A stretch of 64,000 bases of DNA, taken from assembly GCA_963677435.1 (NCBI GenBank), contig OY781945.1, positions 3,058,899 to 3,122,898 on the forward strand, read 5' to 3'. The DNA is from an uncultured Aliarcobacter sp. (GTDB lineage: Bacteria > Campylobacterota > Campylobacteria > Campylobacterales > Arcobacteraceae). Shown here one piece after another: positions 33,901-43,428 of this stretch (positions are counted from its first letter, which is position 1; every line of letters starts with the position of its first letter). A program made the position numbers and the translations under genes. Below the pieces are notes generated by a model. It was not told where the DNA came from and did not search any database. It saw nothing but the letters and a program-made list of their open reading frames with translations.

Positions 33901-34427
33901 GTTAATATTGCTAAATTATTCACATCATAATAATTTTCAAAAACAAAAGATGCAGTTGCAATTGAAAATAAAATAGCAATTATTGAAATAGCTTGTAAAA
34001 CTGCATTTCCAGTTGAAAGCTCTTTTTTACCATAAATATCAATAATAAGTCCAAATTTTGCAGGTGAATAAATAGCACTTTGAACGGCTAATAAAACTAA
34101 AGAGAACATAGCAAAATAGAAATTTTCACTTGCATATGAAATTACCATCAACACGGATAAACAAAAAGATGAAACTGCCCCATAAATCAAAATATTCTTT
34201 TTATTATATTTATCAGACAAATATCCACTAACAGTAAACAAAAGTAAAAATGGAATAATTATCAAAGCATTAATAAGCGATATCCAAATAACCTGATTGC
34301 TTCCATCAAATACTTTAAATGCAATATTTTGCAAAAATACTTTATGTGCAATATCTACAATTACATTACAAAAAACAACAAATAAAAATGCTGCTTTTAT
34401 TGCTGTTATGTTTGCTATTTTCTTCAT
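30948..34427 (-). CDS. aas: MFS transporter / acyltransferase / acyl-ACP synthetase fusion (Aas)
   Basis: N-terminal MFS ('GYLSDKYNK', 'YSPAKFG'), PlsC motifs 'NHISWID' and 'FPEG', AMP-binding 'FSSGSEGTPKG', 'YGTSE', 'TGD'. Confidence 0.92.
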   Translation of the reverse strand: MKKIANITAIKAAFLFVVFCNVIVDIAHKVFLQNIAFKVFDGSNQVIWISLINALIIIPFLLLFTVSGYLSDKYNKKNILIYGAVSSFCLSVLMVISYASENFYFAMFSLVLLAVQSAIYSPAKFGLIIDIYGKKELSTGNAVLQAISIIAILFSIATASFVFENYYDVNNLAILTTKEEMLKAILPLTYYILPVAFLEMAVSFIFLRRINTTYTKNETLTLNKNDLFQGKLLSKNIQTIFSNNIISLAVIGLSVFWGVSQALMAVFPSYVKQYLGITDVFMINGVIGASGVGIAIGSILYSKISKHYIEIGTIPLAAMGMALMIYISTVVQTPFLLGVSFLVFGIFGGLFVVPLNALIQFNAKKRVLGTILAGNNWFNSLAMFLMLSLTTAVSYYDLNPLNTLYLILLITVIGTSYTIYKLPQSLILLFLKRIVGLKYNLEVNGVKNIPSSGGVLLLGNHISWIDWAVVLMATPREIRFVMHKPIYEKWYLHWLLKIFKAIPISNGSSKNTIETIAKELDEGNVVVLFPEGAITRNGHLGEFKKGFEKILELTTTDVKVVPFYIRGLWESMFSRASKKFKKSNKTNSVTVSFSRMMRKDKANIISIKQELIKLSTKSWQEHIQDLKPLSETIFDRLKEVGSNMIFADSTGLELSGERFLTVSIMFKNLLKPEIKGQNIGLLLPSTAAGAFINYSVLMMGKTIINLNYTSELNSLKTAVQTAQIKTIIASKKFVEKLENKGINIKEILDLVEVVYVEDLKAKISRPKGIATYFSVKLMPSFILKAIHLTKTSKNDTVLILFSSGSEGTPKGVELSGDNILGNSQQIANIINASDEDIMIGSLPLFHAFGIVVTTFLPLIEGIKCVCHPDPTDGLGLGKLVSQYKATIMTGTSTFFRLYTKNSKVHPLMFESLRLCVAGAEKLREDVRYDFKKKFGKDILEGYGTSETSPVAACNLPDVLAPDFSVQVGNKIGTVGMAIPGTTIKIVDPQTFEELPTKEEGMILISGIQVMKGYLNDEVKTSLVLKKLNGKTYYITGDKGRLDEDGFLTIVDRYSRFAKLGGEMISLGAVEEKISKIVALGEDSLVDFIVTSIEDEKKGEKIILLISNVNEDFVTNLKEKMINSFDNKLMIPSTVKIVEDIPKLGTGKKDFKGAKELALG

Positions 34428-35068
34428 CCCTTATCCTTAATTAAATTTATATTATGAGTTAAATTTGCTTCAAAAAACTCTTTTAAACTTTCATTTAAAG
34501 TATGTGAATTTTCTGGTACAGCTATTGCATCTCCTATAACTATTTGGCAATTAAAAGGTACAAATAAAGCTTCACCTTTTGGTAAAGTATTTCCTAGTCC
34601 TTGCATAGCAACTGGAAAAATAGGAATATCTTTTTTATCTTTTAATAAATAATATAAACCTTTTTTTAATCTAGTCATTTGTTCTGGTTTACCTCTACTT
34701 CCTTCTGGAAAAAGTATCAAAACATCACCATTTTGTAAAGCTTCATGGGGCTTTTTAAAAAGTTCTTCTTGGGTGCTATCTCCTGATCTATCTAAAGGAA
34801 TAATATCTATACAATTTGTAGAAATCCAAGAGATAAATCTATTTTTCATAAAATAATCAGCTGCTGCAACTGGACGAATTTTGTGAATTTTCGATAATGG
34901 ATATAAACTCATGATTACCAATGTATCTAAATGACTATTATGATTTGGAGCAATAACTGCTCCACCTTCTGGTAGATTTTCCCTACCTCTTATATTTAAT
35001 CCTAAAACAACAAAAACTACTGGTTTTACAATTAAAGCAAAAAATAAAATTTTAATTACTCTTTTCAT
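34424..35068 (-). CDS. Lysophospholipid acyltransferase (PlsC family)
   Basis: 'NHNSHLD', 'AAADYF', 'FPEGSRG'. Confidence 0.9.
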   Translation of the reverse strand: MKRVIKILFFALIVKPVVFVVLGLNIRGRENLPEGGAVIAPNHNSHLDTLVIMSLYPLSKIHKIRPVAAADYFMKNRFISWISTNCIDIIPLDRSGDSTQEELFKKPHEALQNGDVLILFPEGSRGKPEQMTRLKKGLYYLLKDKKDIPIFPVAMQGLGNTLPKGEALFVPFNCQIVIGDAIAVPENSHTLNESLKEFFEANLTHNINLIKDKG

Positions 35069-35069
35069 A

Positions 35070-36002
35070 TTAATAACTCACATAATATAAAAAGTGGAAA
35101 AATACGGGAGCTGTATACATTAAACTATCTATTCTGTCTAAGATTCCACCATGACCTGGAATTAAAGTTCCAGTATCTTTTATTCCTATATCTCTTTTTA
35201 CACTTGATATTACTACATCACCAAAAAATCCAATGCACGATATTATAAATCCTGCAATAAAACCATAATACATATCCAAAGATGTTAAGTAAGGTGCGAT
35301 TATTCCAGAGATAACAGTAACACTAAAAATACCACCTAAAAAACCTTCCCAAGTTTTATTTGGACTAACTTTTGGGATGATTTTGTGTTTACCAAATAAT
35401 TTTCCAAAAACATATTGTGATACATCATTAAATTGAGTCATTATAAGTAAAAATAAAACTGGTCCAATATTTCCAGCCAAACTATTTTGAACAGGTAATG
35501 CCATAAGATAGGCAATATGACTTATACTAAATACTGTTAGCATTGTTGACCATTGGATTATACTTGCTGATTTTATAAAACCATTTGTTTCTCCAATTAA
35601 AACCAATCTAATAGGTATAAACAAAAACAGATAAACAGGAATAAAGATAATAAACATACCATACCAACCAATACTAATCCAATAATATTGTAAAGGAATA
35701 GATAAATATGCCCAAAATATTGCTCTTCTATCCACATATCGAATAGAAACAATTGATAAAAACTCTTTTAATGCCAAAAATGATAAAAAGGCAAAAAATA
35801 TCAAGGCTGATTTTAAACTAATACTTAAAGCTAAAAATACAATAGCTATCATCCACCACCAAGATTGTATTCTTAGTTTTAGTTCATGAAAATTTTTATT
35901 TGGATTTTTACTTTTTTTGTATTTATATATCAATGTAGATATAGATAAAACAATCAAAGTAAAAATCATTGCATAAAGTGAGTTTTGTGCAATATTAAAC
36001 AT
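35070..36002 (-). CDS. Phosphatidate cytidylyltransferase (YnbB-like CdsA family)
   Basis: 'DVSQYVFGKLFGKHK', 'SPNKTWEG', 'KRDIGIKD...IPGHGGILDRIDS'. Confidence 0.92.
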   Translation of the reverse strand: MFNIAQNSLYAMIFTLIVLSISTLIYKYKKSKNPNKNFHELKLRIQSWWWMIAIVFLALSISLKSALIFFAFLSFLALKEFLSIVSIRYVDRRAIFWAYLSIPLQYYWISIGWYGMFIIFIPVYLFLFIPIRLVLIGETNGFIKSASIIQWSTMLTVFSISHIAYLMALPVQNSLAGNIGPVLFLLIMTQFNDVSQYVFGKLFGKHKIIPKVSPNKTWEGFLGGIFSVTVISGIIAPYLTSLDMYYGFIAGFIISCIGFFGDVVISSVKRDIGIKDTGTLIPGHGGILDRIDSLMYTAPVFFHFLYYVSY

Positions 36003-36004
36003 TT

Positions 36005-36658
36005 TTATTTTTCTCCTTCTAAAGTATTATAAATTACCTTTACTCTATTTATTATCGTCAAAAAAGAACCTATTGTAATTACAATTAGAGCTAAACTTAA
36101 AAGATAATCCGTTTGATTTGATGATAATTCAAAGGGAATAATTAAAAGTGTAATTGTTAAAACTGCCATTCTATGTTGTTTTGCCATTGGCCCTTTAAAA
36201 CAACTTCCTGCACCCATACTTGCGCCTAATACTCTAACATAAGCTGTTAAAGCTGCAAATAAAGCACCTAAATATCCAAATTCTACACCAAAAGAGATAC
36301 TACTTACGCTATAACCTAAAGCTATAAAAATTAAACTATCAGAAACCCTATCCGGTATATCATTAAATAGTTCACCTGATTTTGTACTTTTCCCGCCTTC
36401 AAGGGCAACCATTCCATCAAATAAGTTACATAATAATCTTAATTGAATAAATAGTGCTGCCATAATTGGAGCTAAGTAAATATTAAAAAAACTATTTGCA
36501 GAAATTAGCAATATGAAAATTGATGCAATAATTGAAGCTACAATACTTGCAATAGATATTTGATTTGGAGTAATATCTTTTTTACTCAAATAACTTGCAA
36601 ACTTTTGACTCCAAATACTACCTCTAACCTTTAGTGGTCTTCTATTATTATCTGACAT
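36005..36658 (-). CDS. CDP-alcohol phosphatidyltransferase family protein
   Basis: 'ITPNQIS', 'NLFDGMVA...GELFNDIPDRVSD', 'GPMAKQHR'. Confidence 0.88.
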   Translation of the reverse strand: MSDNNRRPLKVRGSIWSQKFASYLSKKDITPNQISIASIVASIIASIFILLISANSFFNIYLAPIMAALFIQLRLLCNLFDGMVALEGGKSTKSGELFNDIPDRVSDSLIFIALGYSVSSISFGVEFGYLGALFAALTAYVRVLGASMGAGSCFKGPMAKQHRMAVLTITLLIIPFELSSNQTDYLLSLALIVITIGSFLTIINRVKVIYNTLEGEK

Positions 36659-37025
36659 GATTTTCCTTTTTAGTTAATTTTGATACTTCTTTTGCCATAA
36701 AAACTGTAAATATAAAAGAGACAATAACAGTTGGTAAAATAGTATAAAAGATATTTTGTGTATGTATCAATAAATGACCTGCAAAAACAATACTTGAAGT
36801 AATTGTAACAGTTAAAATAGCTGTTAGGATTACTGAATTGTTTTCAAAAATTTTATTAAAAATAGTTATTAATCGCACTATAAAAAGTGTAATTACAAAA
36901 CTAGCTAATCCTTGAAAAAATGATGAGACAAATCTATTTGAATCATCTATATTTACAAAATATGCCCAAGTTCCCCATAAAATAAAAGCTAAAAATGCTG
37001 ATATATATTTCTCTTTTTTCATCAA
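36648..37025 (-). CDS. Hypothetical 4-TM membrane protein
   Basis: Four hydrophobic segments; overlaps both neighbours. Confidence 0.7.
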   Translation of the reverse strand: MMKKEKYISAFLAFILWGTWAYFVNIDDSNRFVSSFFQGLASFVITLFIVRLITIFNKIFENNSVILTAILTVTITSSIVFAGHLLIHTQNIFYTILPTVIVSFIFTVFMAKEVSKLTKKENHVR

Positions 37026-37660
37026 TTATCCTTTTTAAATTCTATAATTGTATGTCGATTAAAAATATATGGTTTAAAAGAGTTTAAAATATCAAGAACC
37101 AATATTTCAGGTAGTTCTCCTATTTTTTCTAAAACTTTTTTTGATAGCTCTTTTTCCAAAACTGCAAGTTTTTTACTTGTTTTAACATATTCACCTATTA
37201 GTTCAGTTGAGATTTTATATTTTTTTAACTCTATAAAAGTTTTTAAAACTTCTAATTCTGTTTTAAAATACATCTCTTTATCATCCAATAAATCAAGTTC
37301 AATCGCTTCGTTAATATAAAATATTTCTAAATCTTTTTTTGGAATTGGATTTTTAATCTCACTACTAATCATCTGTATTGATTGTAAAATCAAATCTCTT
37401 CTATCTTGAAAATTTACATTATAAAAATCAAAAAGTTCTTTTATATAATCAAGGGAAAAGTTTAAATTCTCTTTGAAATATTTGATTAAATTTAAAACTG
37501 TGATTGTGATTTCAGGATAGTATTTCATATTTATTGAAGTGCTTACACTATTTGGAATCAACCCTTTTTTATCATAAAATGAGATTGTGTGATTACTTAG
37601 ATTTGTCAGTTCTACAAGTTCAGACATTTTGTAGTAATTTTTTTCATCTATAATTTTCAA
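37022..37660 (-). CDS. MerR-family transcriptional regulator
   Basis: 'YKMSELVELTNLSNHTISFYDKKGLI...NMKYY...FSLDYIKE' MerR wHTH; TTG start with GGAG RBS. Confidence 0.85.
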   Translation of the reverse strand: MKIIDEKNYYKMSELVELTNLSNHTISFYDKKGLIPNSVSTSINMKYYPEITITVLNLIKYFKENLNFSLDYIKELFDFYNVNFQDRRDLILQSIQMISSEIKNPIPKKDLEIFYINEAIELDLLDDKEMYFKTELEVLKTFIELKKYKISTELIGEYVKTSKKLAVLEKELSKKVLEKIGELPEILVLDILNSFKPYIFNRHTIIEFKKDN

Positions 37661-37673
37661 TGTTTTTCTCCAG

Positions 37674-37736
37674 TCAAAAGTAAAGAGTTAAGCTCTTTAC
37701 TTTTGAAAGTATAGATTTTTTTAAATTAATTGTCAA
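37674..37736 (-). promoter_or_regulatory. Sigma70 promoter and 14-5-14 palindromic operator of the MerR-lipid operon
   Basis: Minus strand TTGACA (37736-37731)-N17-TATACT (37713-37708). Perfect inverted repeat TCAAAAGTAAAGAG-ttaag-CTCTTTACTTTTGA at 37674-37706. Confidence 0.8.
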
Positions 37737-37809
37737 GGGCTTATAAGTTTTTTTTGCTAAAATGTAAATCTTAACTTAATTAAACAATCAAAAAAAAATA
37801 AGGATTTTT

Positions 37810-39300
37810 ATGTACCAAACCATAAAAAAAGAATGGTTTTCAAATATTCGTGCAGATATTTTATCAGGTTTAGTTGTGGCACTTGCCCTAATTCCTGAAG
37901 CAATTGCATTTTCAATTATTGCAGGAGTAGACCCAAAAGTTGGACTTTATGCTTCGTTTTCAATGGCAGTTGTAATTGCATTTGTTGGAAGTCGACCAGG
38001 AATGATAAGTGCAGCAACTGGTGCGATGGCACTGGTGATGGTTACACTTGTAAAAGATTATGGACTTCAATACTTATTGGCAGCAACTTTATTAACAGGT
38101 GTTATTCAAATATGTTTATCATATATTGGAATTCATAAACTTATGAGTTTTGTGGCAAGAGCTGTTGTAGTAGGATTTGTAAATGCTTTGGCAATTTTGA
38201 TTTTCATGGCTCAACTTCCAGAACTAACAGATGTAACTTGGCATGTTTATGCTCTAACAGCAGTTGGACTTGGAATCATTTATCTCTTTCCTTATATTCC
38301 AAAAATTGGGCAAATTCTTCCATCTCCACTTGTAACAATAGTTGTTTTGACAATCTTTGTATATTTTGTTGGTTGGGATGTAAGAAATGTTGGGAATATG
38401 GGAGCACTTCCTGATACTTTACCTATATTTTTACTTCCTGATATTCCTTTTAATCTTGAAACTTTAAAAATTATTCTTCCATACTCTTTTGCCCTAGCAA
38501 TAGTAGGACTTTTAGAATCATTTATGACAGCTACAATAATTGATGATTTTACAGACACAATTAGTAATAAACAAACAGAAGCAAAAGGTCAAGGAATAGC
38601 AAATTTTGCAACGGGATGTATTGGGGGAATGGCAGGTTGTGCAATGATTGGTCAATCAATTATCAACTATAAATCAGGTGGACGAGGAAGACTATCAACA
38701 TTTATTGCTGGTTTTTTCCTTTTAATCATGGTTGTTTTTTTATCTGATATTATCTCTATTATTCCAATGGCTGCCTTGGTTTCTGTAATGATTATGGTAT
38801 CTATTAGTACTTTTGATTGGTCTTCAATTAAAAAACTAAAAACTCTTCCAATATCTACAAATATTGTTATGCTCTCAACAGTAGCAGTTACAGTTTATAC
38901 CCATAATCTAGCTCTTGGAGTAATTACAGGAGTTCTTTTTGCTTCACTATTTTTTGCAAATAAAATTTCTCACTTTATGTATTGTAATACTGAATATAGT
39001 GAAGACAAGAATTGTAAAACATATCAATTTGTTGGGCAAGTATTTTTTAATAGTGCTGATAAATTTTATGAAATGATAGATTTCAAAGAAGAGATTAAAG
39101 ATGTTATTATTGATGTAAGAAGGGCTCATTTTTGGGATATATCTGCTGTTTATGCCTTAGATAAATCAGTTATTAAACTAAAAAAAGAAGGAAAAACTGT
39201 AGAAATAATTGGTCAAAATGAAGCTACTAAAACTATTATTGATAGATTTGGAATCCATGATAAACCCGATGAAATAGAAAAAGTTATGGGTGGTCATTAA
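37810..39300 (+). CDS. SulP-family inorganic anion transporter with STAS domain
   Basis: '[11 protein letters not shown]', '[11 protein letters not shown]', '[12 protein letters not shown]', STAS 'GQVFF...HFWDISAV'. Confidence 0.93.
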   Translation: MYQTIKKEWFSNIRADILSGLVVALALIPEAIAFSIIAGVDPKVGLYASFSMAVVIAFVGSRPGMISAATGAMALVMVTLVKDYGLQYLLAATLLTGVIQICLSYIGIHKLMSFVARAVVVGFVNALAILIFMAQLPELTDVTWHVYALTAVGLGIIYLFPYIPKIGQILPSPLVTIVVLTIFVYFVGWDVRNVGNMGALPDTLPIFLLPDIPFNLETLKIILPYSFALAIVGLLESFMTATIIDDFTDTISNKQTEAKGQGIANFATGCIGGMAGCAMIGQSIINYKSGGRGRLSTFIAGFFLLIMVVFLSDIISIIPMAALVSVMIMVSISTFDWSSIKKLKTLPISTNIVMLSTVAVTVYTHNLALGVITGVLFASLFFANKISHFMYCNTEYSEDKNCKTYQFVGQVFFNSADKFYEMIDFKEEIKDVIIDVRRAHFWDISAVYALDKSVIKLKKEGKTVEIIGQNEATKTIIDRFGIHDKPDEIEKVMGGH

Positions 39301-39418
39301 AAGTTTTATTTCTTTCAGTAACATCTATTAAGTAAATATTATTTTAAAATATATTTACATAGCTTAGACATAACTTCTGGATATAGTCCTTGCTGTAAAA
39401 AAAAATTAAGGATGTTTC

Positions 39419-40741
39419 TTGGAAGAAATATTAAATGAAAAGAAAAAAAACTGGACAAACTATACAATCAAAAGTTTAGCTTTTTGGGTTGTTGTTGCCA
39501 TTATTGCAGGTATTGTTTTTGGTGTTGTAAATCCAAAACAAGCTGTTGAAGCTAAACCTGGAATTGATTGGTTTATCCAAATACTTAAATGGCTTGTGGG
39601 ACCTATTATATTTTTAACAATTATTTCAGGTATTGTTGGTCTAAAAAGTCTTAAAGAAGTTGGAACAATTGGATTTAAAGCATTTATTTACTTTGAAATC
39701 GTAAGTACTTTTGCTTTAGCAATTGGTGTTTTATTTGGTAATGTATTCGCACCAGGAAGTGGAATGAATCTGTCTGTTGATTCATTAGATCCTGCAAGTG
39801 TTGAAAAATTTACTCATGGTGACCAACATTTAGGTTCTGTTTGGTCTATTTTAAAAGGGGCAATTCCTACTGATCCTATTACTCCATTTTTACATGGACA
39901 AACTCTTCAAGTGTTAGTAATGGCGTTAACATTAGCTATTTTAATCTCTGCATTTGGTGGAGTTTATAAAGATAAAATTTTAGCTCCAATAGAAACTGCA
40001 CAAAACTTTTTCTTCAAAATTTTAACAGTTTTAATGTGGCTAAGTCCAATTGCAAGTTTCAGTGCTATGGCATTTTTAATTGGTAAATTTGGTATTGCAT
40101 CTTTAGTTAATATGGCTGGATTATTAGGTGTTATGTTTATTTCTGTTTGTGCATTTATTTTTATAGTACTTGGTCTAATTTTAGCTATATTCAAAATTAA
40201 TGTTTTCAAATTTATGAGATTTATCTATAAAGAAGTATTAATTGTATTTGCTACATCTTCAAGTGAATCAGCTTTAGCTCCACTTATGAGAAGATTAGAA
40301 GCAGCAGGAGTAAGTAGAGGAACAACAGGTTTAGTTATACCTACTGGATATTCATTTAATCTTGATTGTACGAACATTTATCTATCACTTTCAGTTATCT
40401 TTTTATCACAGGCATTTAATATTCCATTAACTCTTGGTCAACAATTAAGTATCATTATTATTTTAATGGTTACATCAAAAGGTGCTGTGGGAGTTACAGG
40501 TTCAGGATTTATTGTACTTGCAGGAACACTTTCAGCACTTGGTGGAGTAATTCCAGTTGTTACAGTTGCTGTTTTATTAGGTGTTGATAAATTTATGAGT
40601 GAAATGAGAGCTGTTGGTAACTTATGCGGAAATGCTGTTGCTTCAGTTGTTGTTGGTGCTTGGGATAAACAAATTGATATGGATAAATTCAAATATTCAC
40701 TTGACCATCCAGAAAGCGTTAAGGATGTAATTCCTAGCTAA
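39419..40741 (+). CDS. dctA: Dicarboxylate/amino acid:cation symporter (DctA-like)
   Basis: 'FATSSSESAL', 'VIPTGYSFNLD', 'SKGAVGVTGSGFIVLA', 'GVDKFMSE'. Confidence 0.85.
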   Translation: MEEILNEKKKNWTNYTIKSLAFWVVVAIIAGIVFGVVNPKQAVEAKPGIDWFIQILKWLVGPIIFLTIISGIVGLKSLKEVGTIGFKAFIYFEIVSTFALAIGVLFGNVFAPGSGMNLSVDSLDPASVEKFTHGDQHLGSVWSILKGAIPTDPITPFLHGQTLQVLVMALTLAILISAFGGVYKDKILAPIETAQNFFFKILTVLMWLSPIASFSAMAFLIGKFGIASLVNMAGLLGVMFISVCAFIFIVLGLILAIFKINVFKFMRFIYKEVLIVFATSSSESALAPLMRRLEAAGVSRGTTGLVIPTGYSFNLDCTNIYLSLSVIFLSQAFNIPLTLGQQLSIIIILMVTSKGAVGVTGSGFIVLAGTLSALGGVIPVVTVAVLLGVDKFMSEMRAVGNLCGNAVASVVVGAWDKQIDMDKFKYSLDHPESVKDVIPS

Positions 40742-40743
40742 AG

Positions 40744-40767
40744 AAAAGAGAGAAATTTCTCTCTTTT
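40744..40767. terminator. Bidirectional terminator-like palindrome
   Basis: AAAAGAGAGAAA-TTTCTCTCTTTT between convergent genes. Confidence 0.7.
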
Positions 40768-40769
40768 TT

Positions 40770-41387
40770 CTAAAAGAACTTTATAAAATTCTTCTGGATT
40801 TGCATATTTTCAAAGCCAAACTCTTTTTTTATCCACTCGAAAGTTTTATCTGTATATATAAAAACATGGGTTAAATCATTTTTATACCACCATTTTGAAA
40901 AATCTATATTATCTTTATAAATTCCAGTCATTAGATATAAAACTCCACCATTTTTTAGAAGTTTTTTAAATAATTCAAACTCTTTTTTAGGAGTATAAAA
41001 ATGCTCAATAACCTCACAACAAGCTATATAATCATATTTTTGCTCCAAAAGTTTTTTATCATCAAAAAAATATGGGTCATATTCAAATATTTTATATTCA
41101 TTATTTCTTAAAATTTTAACTATTGGGGAGTCTTTCCCACAACCAAAATCTAAACCAATATCTTCTTTTGAAAACTCTTTTAAAACGCAATTTGTAATTG
41201 GAGATACAAAGTTCTGATAACCTAAATCATCTGAATCATTAGTATGACTTTCATATCTCTCTTTCTCTTTTTCATTATCAAGCAGTTTTTCAATAGGTCT
41301 AAATATTCCACCACAGCAAGAACATTCATAAAATTCATCTTTATAAAATGCTTTTGAATTGCTATTACAAAGTGGACAAATTGGCAT
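40770..41387 (-). CDS. Class I SAM-dependent methyltransferase with N-terminal zinc ribbon
   Basis: 'CPLC...CSCC', 'GLDFGCG', 'YDPYF', 'EVIEHF'. Confidence 0.85.
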   Translation of the reverse strand: MPICPLCNSNSKAFYKDEFYECSCCGGIFRPIEKLLDNEKEKERYESHTNDSDDLGYQNFVSPITNCVLKEFSKEDIGLDFGCGKDSPIVKILRNNEYKIFEYDPYFFDDKKLLEQKYDYIACCEVIEHFYTPKKEFELFKKLLKNGGVLYLMTGIYKDNIDFSKWWYKNDLTHVFIYTDKTFEWIKKEFGFENMQIQKNFIKFF

Positions 41388-41473
41388 TAAATACTCCTAT
41401 ATTTTATGTGGTATTTTATCATAATAAAGCATATAGCAACTTTTGGCTAAAATCCAAGAAAAAAAGGATAAAA

Positions 41474-41878
41474 ATGGAAATCGAATTATTTATAGGCTTT
41501 ATTAGTTTCTTTTTAACAGCCCTTGGTCTTGTTATTGTTTTTCTTAATTTATATGCAATGGTAACACCTTATGATGATTATAAACTAATTTTTGAAGAAA
41601 ATAATACAGCTGCTGCTCTTGGTTTTGGTGGAGCAATTATTGGAGTTGCAATTCCTATGTATAGTGCTTTAGTTAACTCTACATCTTATATGGATTTTGC
41701 TATATGGGGAATGGTTGCAATTGTTATTCAATTAATTTTTGCATTTATTGTAACTAGAATTAGTGGGAAGTACTCTTTTAAAACAAAGATTTCTGATGGT
41801 GTAATTTCTGTTGGAATTTTAATGGCATTTTTATCAATTTCGATTGGACTTTTAAATGCAGGGTCAATGAGTTATTAA
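41474..41878 (+). CDS. DUF350-family membrane protein
   Basis: 'VTPYDDYKLIFEENNTAAAL', C-terminal 'GLLNAGSMSY'; ATG at 41474 after AAGGA RBS. Confidence 0.8.
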   Translation: MEIELFIGFISFFLTALGLVIVFLNLYAMVTPYDDYKLIFEENNTAAALGFGGAIIGVAIPMYSALVNSTSYMDFAIWGMVAIVIQLIFAFIVTRISGKYSFKTKISDGVISVGILMAFLSISIGLLNAGSMSY

Positions 41879-41888
41879 AACTCATTGA
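41864..41888. terminator. Inverted repeat at the end of the ars cluster
   Basis: TCAATGAGTT-attaa-AACTCATTGA. Confidence 0.5.
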
Positions 41889-41892
41889 TTAA

Positions 41893-42123
41893 CTATTTTA
41901 ATAACTCTACAATATCATCAGCACTTAAAACTTTTCCACTGCTTTTAACTACTCCATCAACAACTAAAGCTGGTGTACTCATAACTCCGTAATTCATAAT
42001 TTCAACTACATCTTCCACTTTTTTAATTTCGTGAAATCCGCCAATTTTTGCAAGTGCTTGTTTTGCATTTTCTTCCAAAGTTTTGCACTTAGAACATCCT
42101 GTTCCTAAAATCTCTATTTTCAT
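41893..42123 (-). CDS. Small thioredoxin-like redox-active disulfide protein
   Basis: 'MKIEILGTGCSKC', 'YGVMSTPALVVDG'; ATG at 42123 after GGAG. Confidence 0.88.
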   Translation of the reverse strand: MKIEILGTGCSKCKTLEENAKQALAKIGGFHEIKKVEDVVEIMNYGVMSTPALVVDGVVKSSGKVLSADDIVELLK

Positions 42124-42131
42124 TTTTTCTC

Positions 42132-42470
42132 CTATTTTTGATTTCCAATTAATATAATACTTGCACCTAAAATACAAATGCCAGCACCTATTAAATCCCA
42201 TTTATTAAAGCTTTGTTTCTCTATAAAGTATAACCACAATAAAGAAGAAACTATATAAATCCCGCCATAAATTGCATAGGCACGACCAGCAAACTCAAGA
42301 TTTACTTTTGTTAATAAATATGCAAATATACTCAAAGAGACCATTCCAATAAAAAGCCAAATATATGTCTTTTCGAGTTTAAAGAAACTCCAGAAACTAT
42401 AACAACCTAGTATCTCAAAAAAGGCTGCTAAAAAATATATTATAAATTCTTTTATCAAAATCTTATCCAA
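42132..42470 (-). CDS. YnfA/UPF0060 (SMR-like) membrane protein
   Basis: 'AAFFEILGCY', 'AGRAYAIYGGIYIVSSLLW', 'WDLIGA'. Confidence 0.88.
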   Translation of the reverse strand: MDKILIKEFIIYFLAAFFEILGCYSFWSFFKLEKTYIWLFIGMVSLSIFAYLLTKVNLEFAGRAYAIYGGIYIVSSLLWLYFIEKQSFNKWDLIGAGICILGASIILIGNQK

Positions 42471-43428
42471 TTAAATAATTAAACAAATAACCTGTAAAAA
42501 GTATTGCCATACCAACTATTCCAAAGAATATTGAGATTAATTTTATACTTAATACTCTTTTTAAAATCATAGCTTCTGGAAGACTCAAAGCCACAACTGC
42601 CATCATAAAACTAAGTGCTGTTCCAAGTAACATACCTTTTTGTGTCAAAACTTCCACAAGTGGCAAAATTCCAGCAGCATTTGAATACATTGGAATTCCC
42701 ATGATTACTGCAACTATTGGAGCATACCAAACAGAGCCACCAGCATAATTACTTATAAAATCTGCTGGAATATATCCATGAATAAAAGCTCCAATTCCAA
42801 CTCCTACAATCACATAAAGATATATTTTTTTAAAAATATCTGCTGTATATTCCCAAGATTCTTTTAATCTTTGATTAAATAAAGTTTCATCAATATTTGA
42901 ACCATTACAACAAGCACTTGTTGGTTTTACTTCAATTAAAACCTCTTTTTCTAAATTCATAGCTCCAATTATAAGGCCTGCAACAATGGCAATTAATAAA
43001 CCAATTCCCACATATAAAAGTGCGATCTTCCAACCAAATAAAGAAAATAACATAGCAATAACAACAGCATCACTAAGAGGTGCTGAAATCAAATATGAAA
43101 AAGTAACTCCTAAAGGAATTCTAGCTTGTAAAAATCCTAAAAAAAGTGGAATTGCACTACAAGAACAAAAGGGTGTTATCACTCCAAAAATTGCGGCTAA
43201 GATGTGTCCCACAATTTTGTGTTTTCTACTTATATAATCTCTTGCTTTTTCTATTGGGAAATAACTTCTCAATAATGTAACTATATAAATAATAGAAATT
43301 AAAAGTATAAATATTTTTATAGTGTCAAATAAAAAAAATTGTAAAGCATCACCTAAGTGAGTACCTTTTATAAGTCCTAACATGTCAAAGACAAATAGTG
43401 AACTTAAGTTTTCAAGCCAATCAAACAT
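42463..43428 (-). CDS. arsP: ArsP-family (DUF318) permease
   Basis: 'TPFCSCSAIPLF', 'GAFIHGYIP', 'GIPMYSN', 'ALSLPE'; ars operon context. Confidence 0.85.
   Translation of the reverse strand: MFDWLENLSSLFVFDMLGLIKGTHLGDALQFFLFDTIKIFILLISIIYIVTLLRSYFPIEKARDYISRKHKIVGHILAAIFGVITPFCSCSAIPLFLGFLQARIPLGVTFSYLISAPLSDAVVIAMLFSLFGWKIALLYVGIGLLIAIVAGLIIGAMNLEKEVLIEVKPTSACCNGSNIDETLFNQRLKESWEYTADIFKKIYLYVIVGVGIGAFIHGYIPADFISNYAGGSVWYAPIVAVIMGIPMYSNAAGILPLVEVLTQKGMLLGTALSFMMAVVALSLPEAMILKRVLSIKLISIFFGIVGMAILFTGYLFNYLIG

Noticed and set aside
37790..39410. Poly-A runs upstream of sulP and dctA as phase-variation tracts
   Set aside because: Runs of 9-10 A are expected in such AT-rich intergenic DNA, and no poly-G/C tracts were seen.
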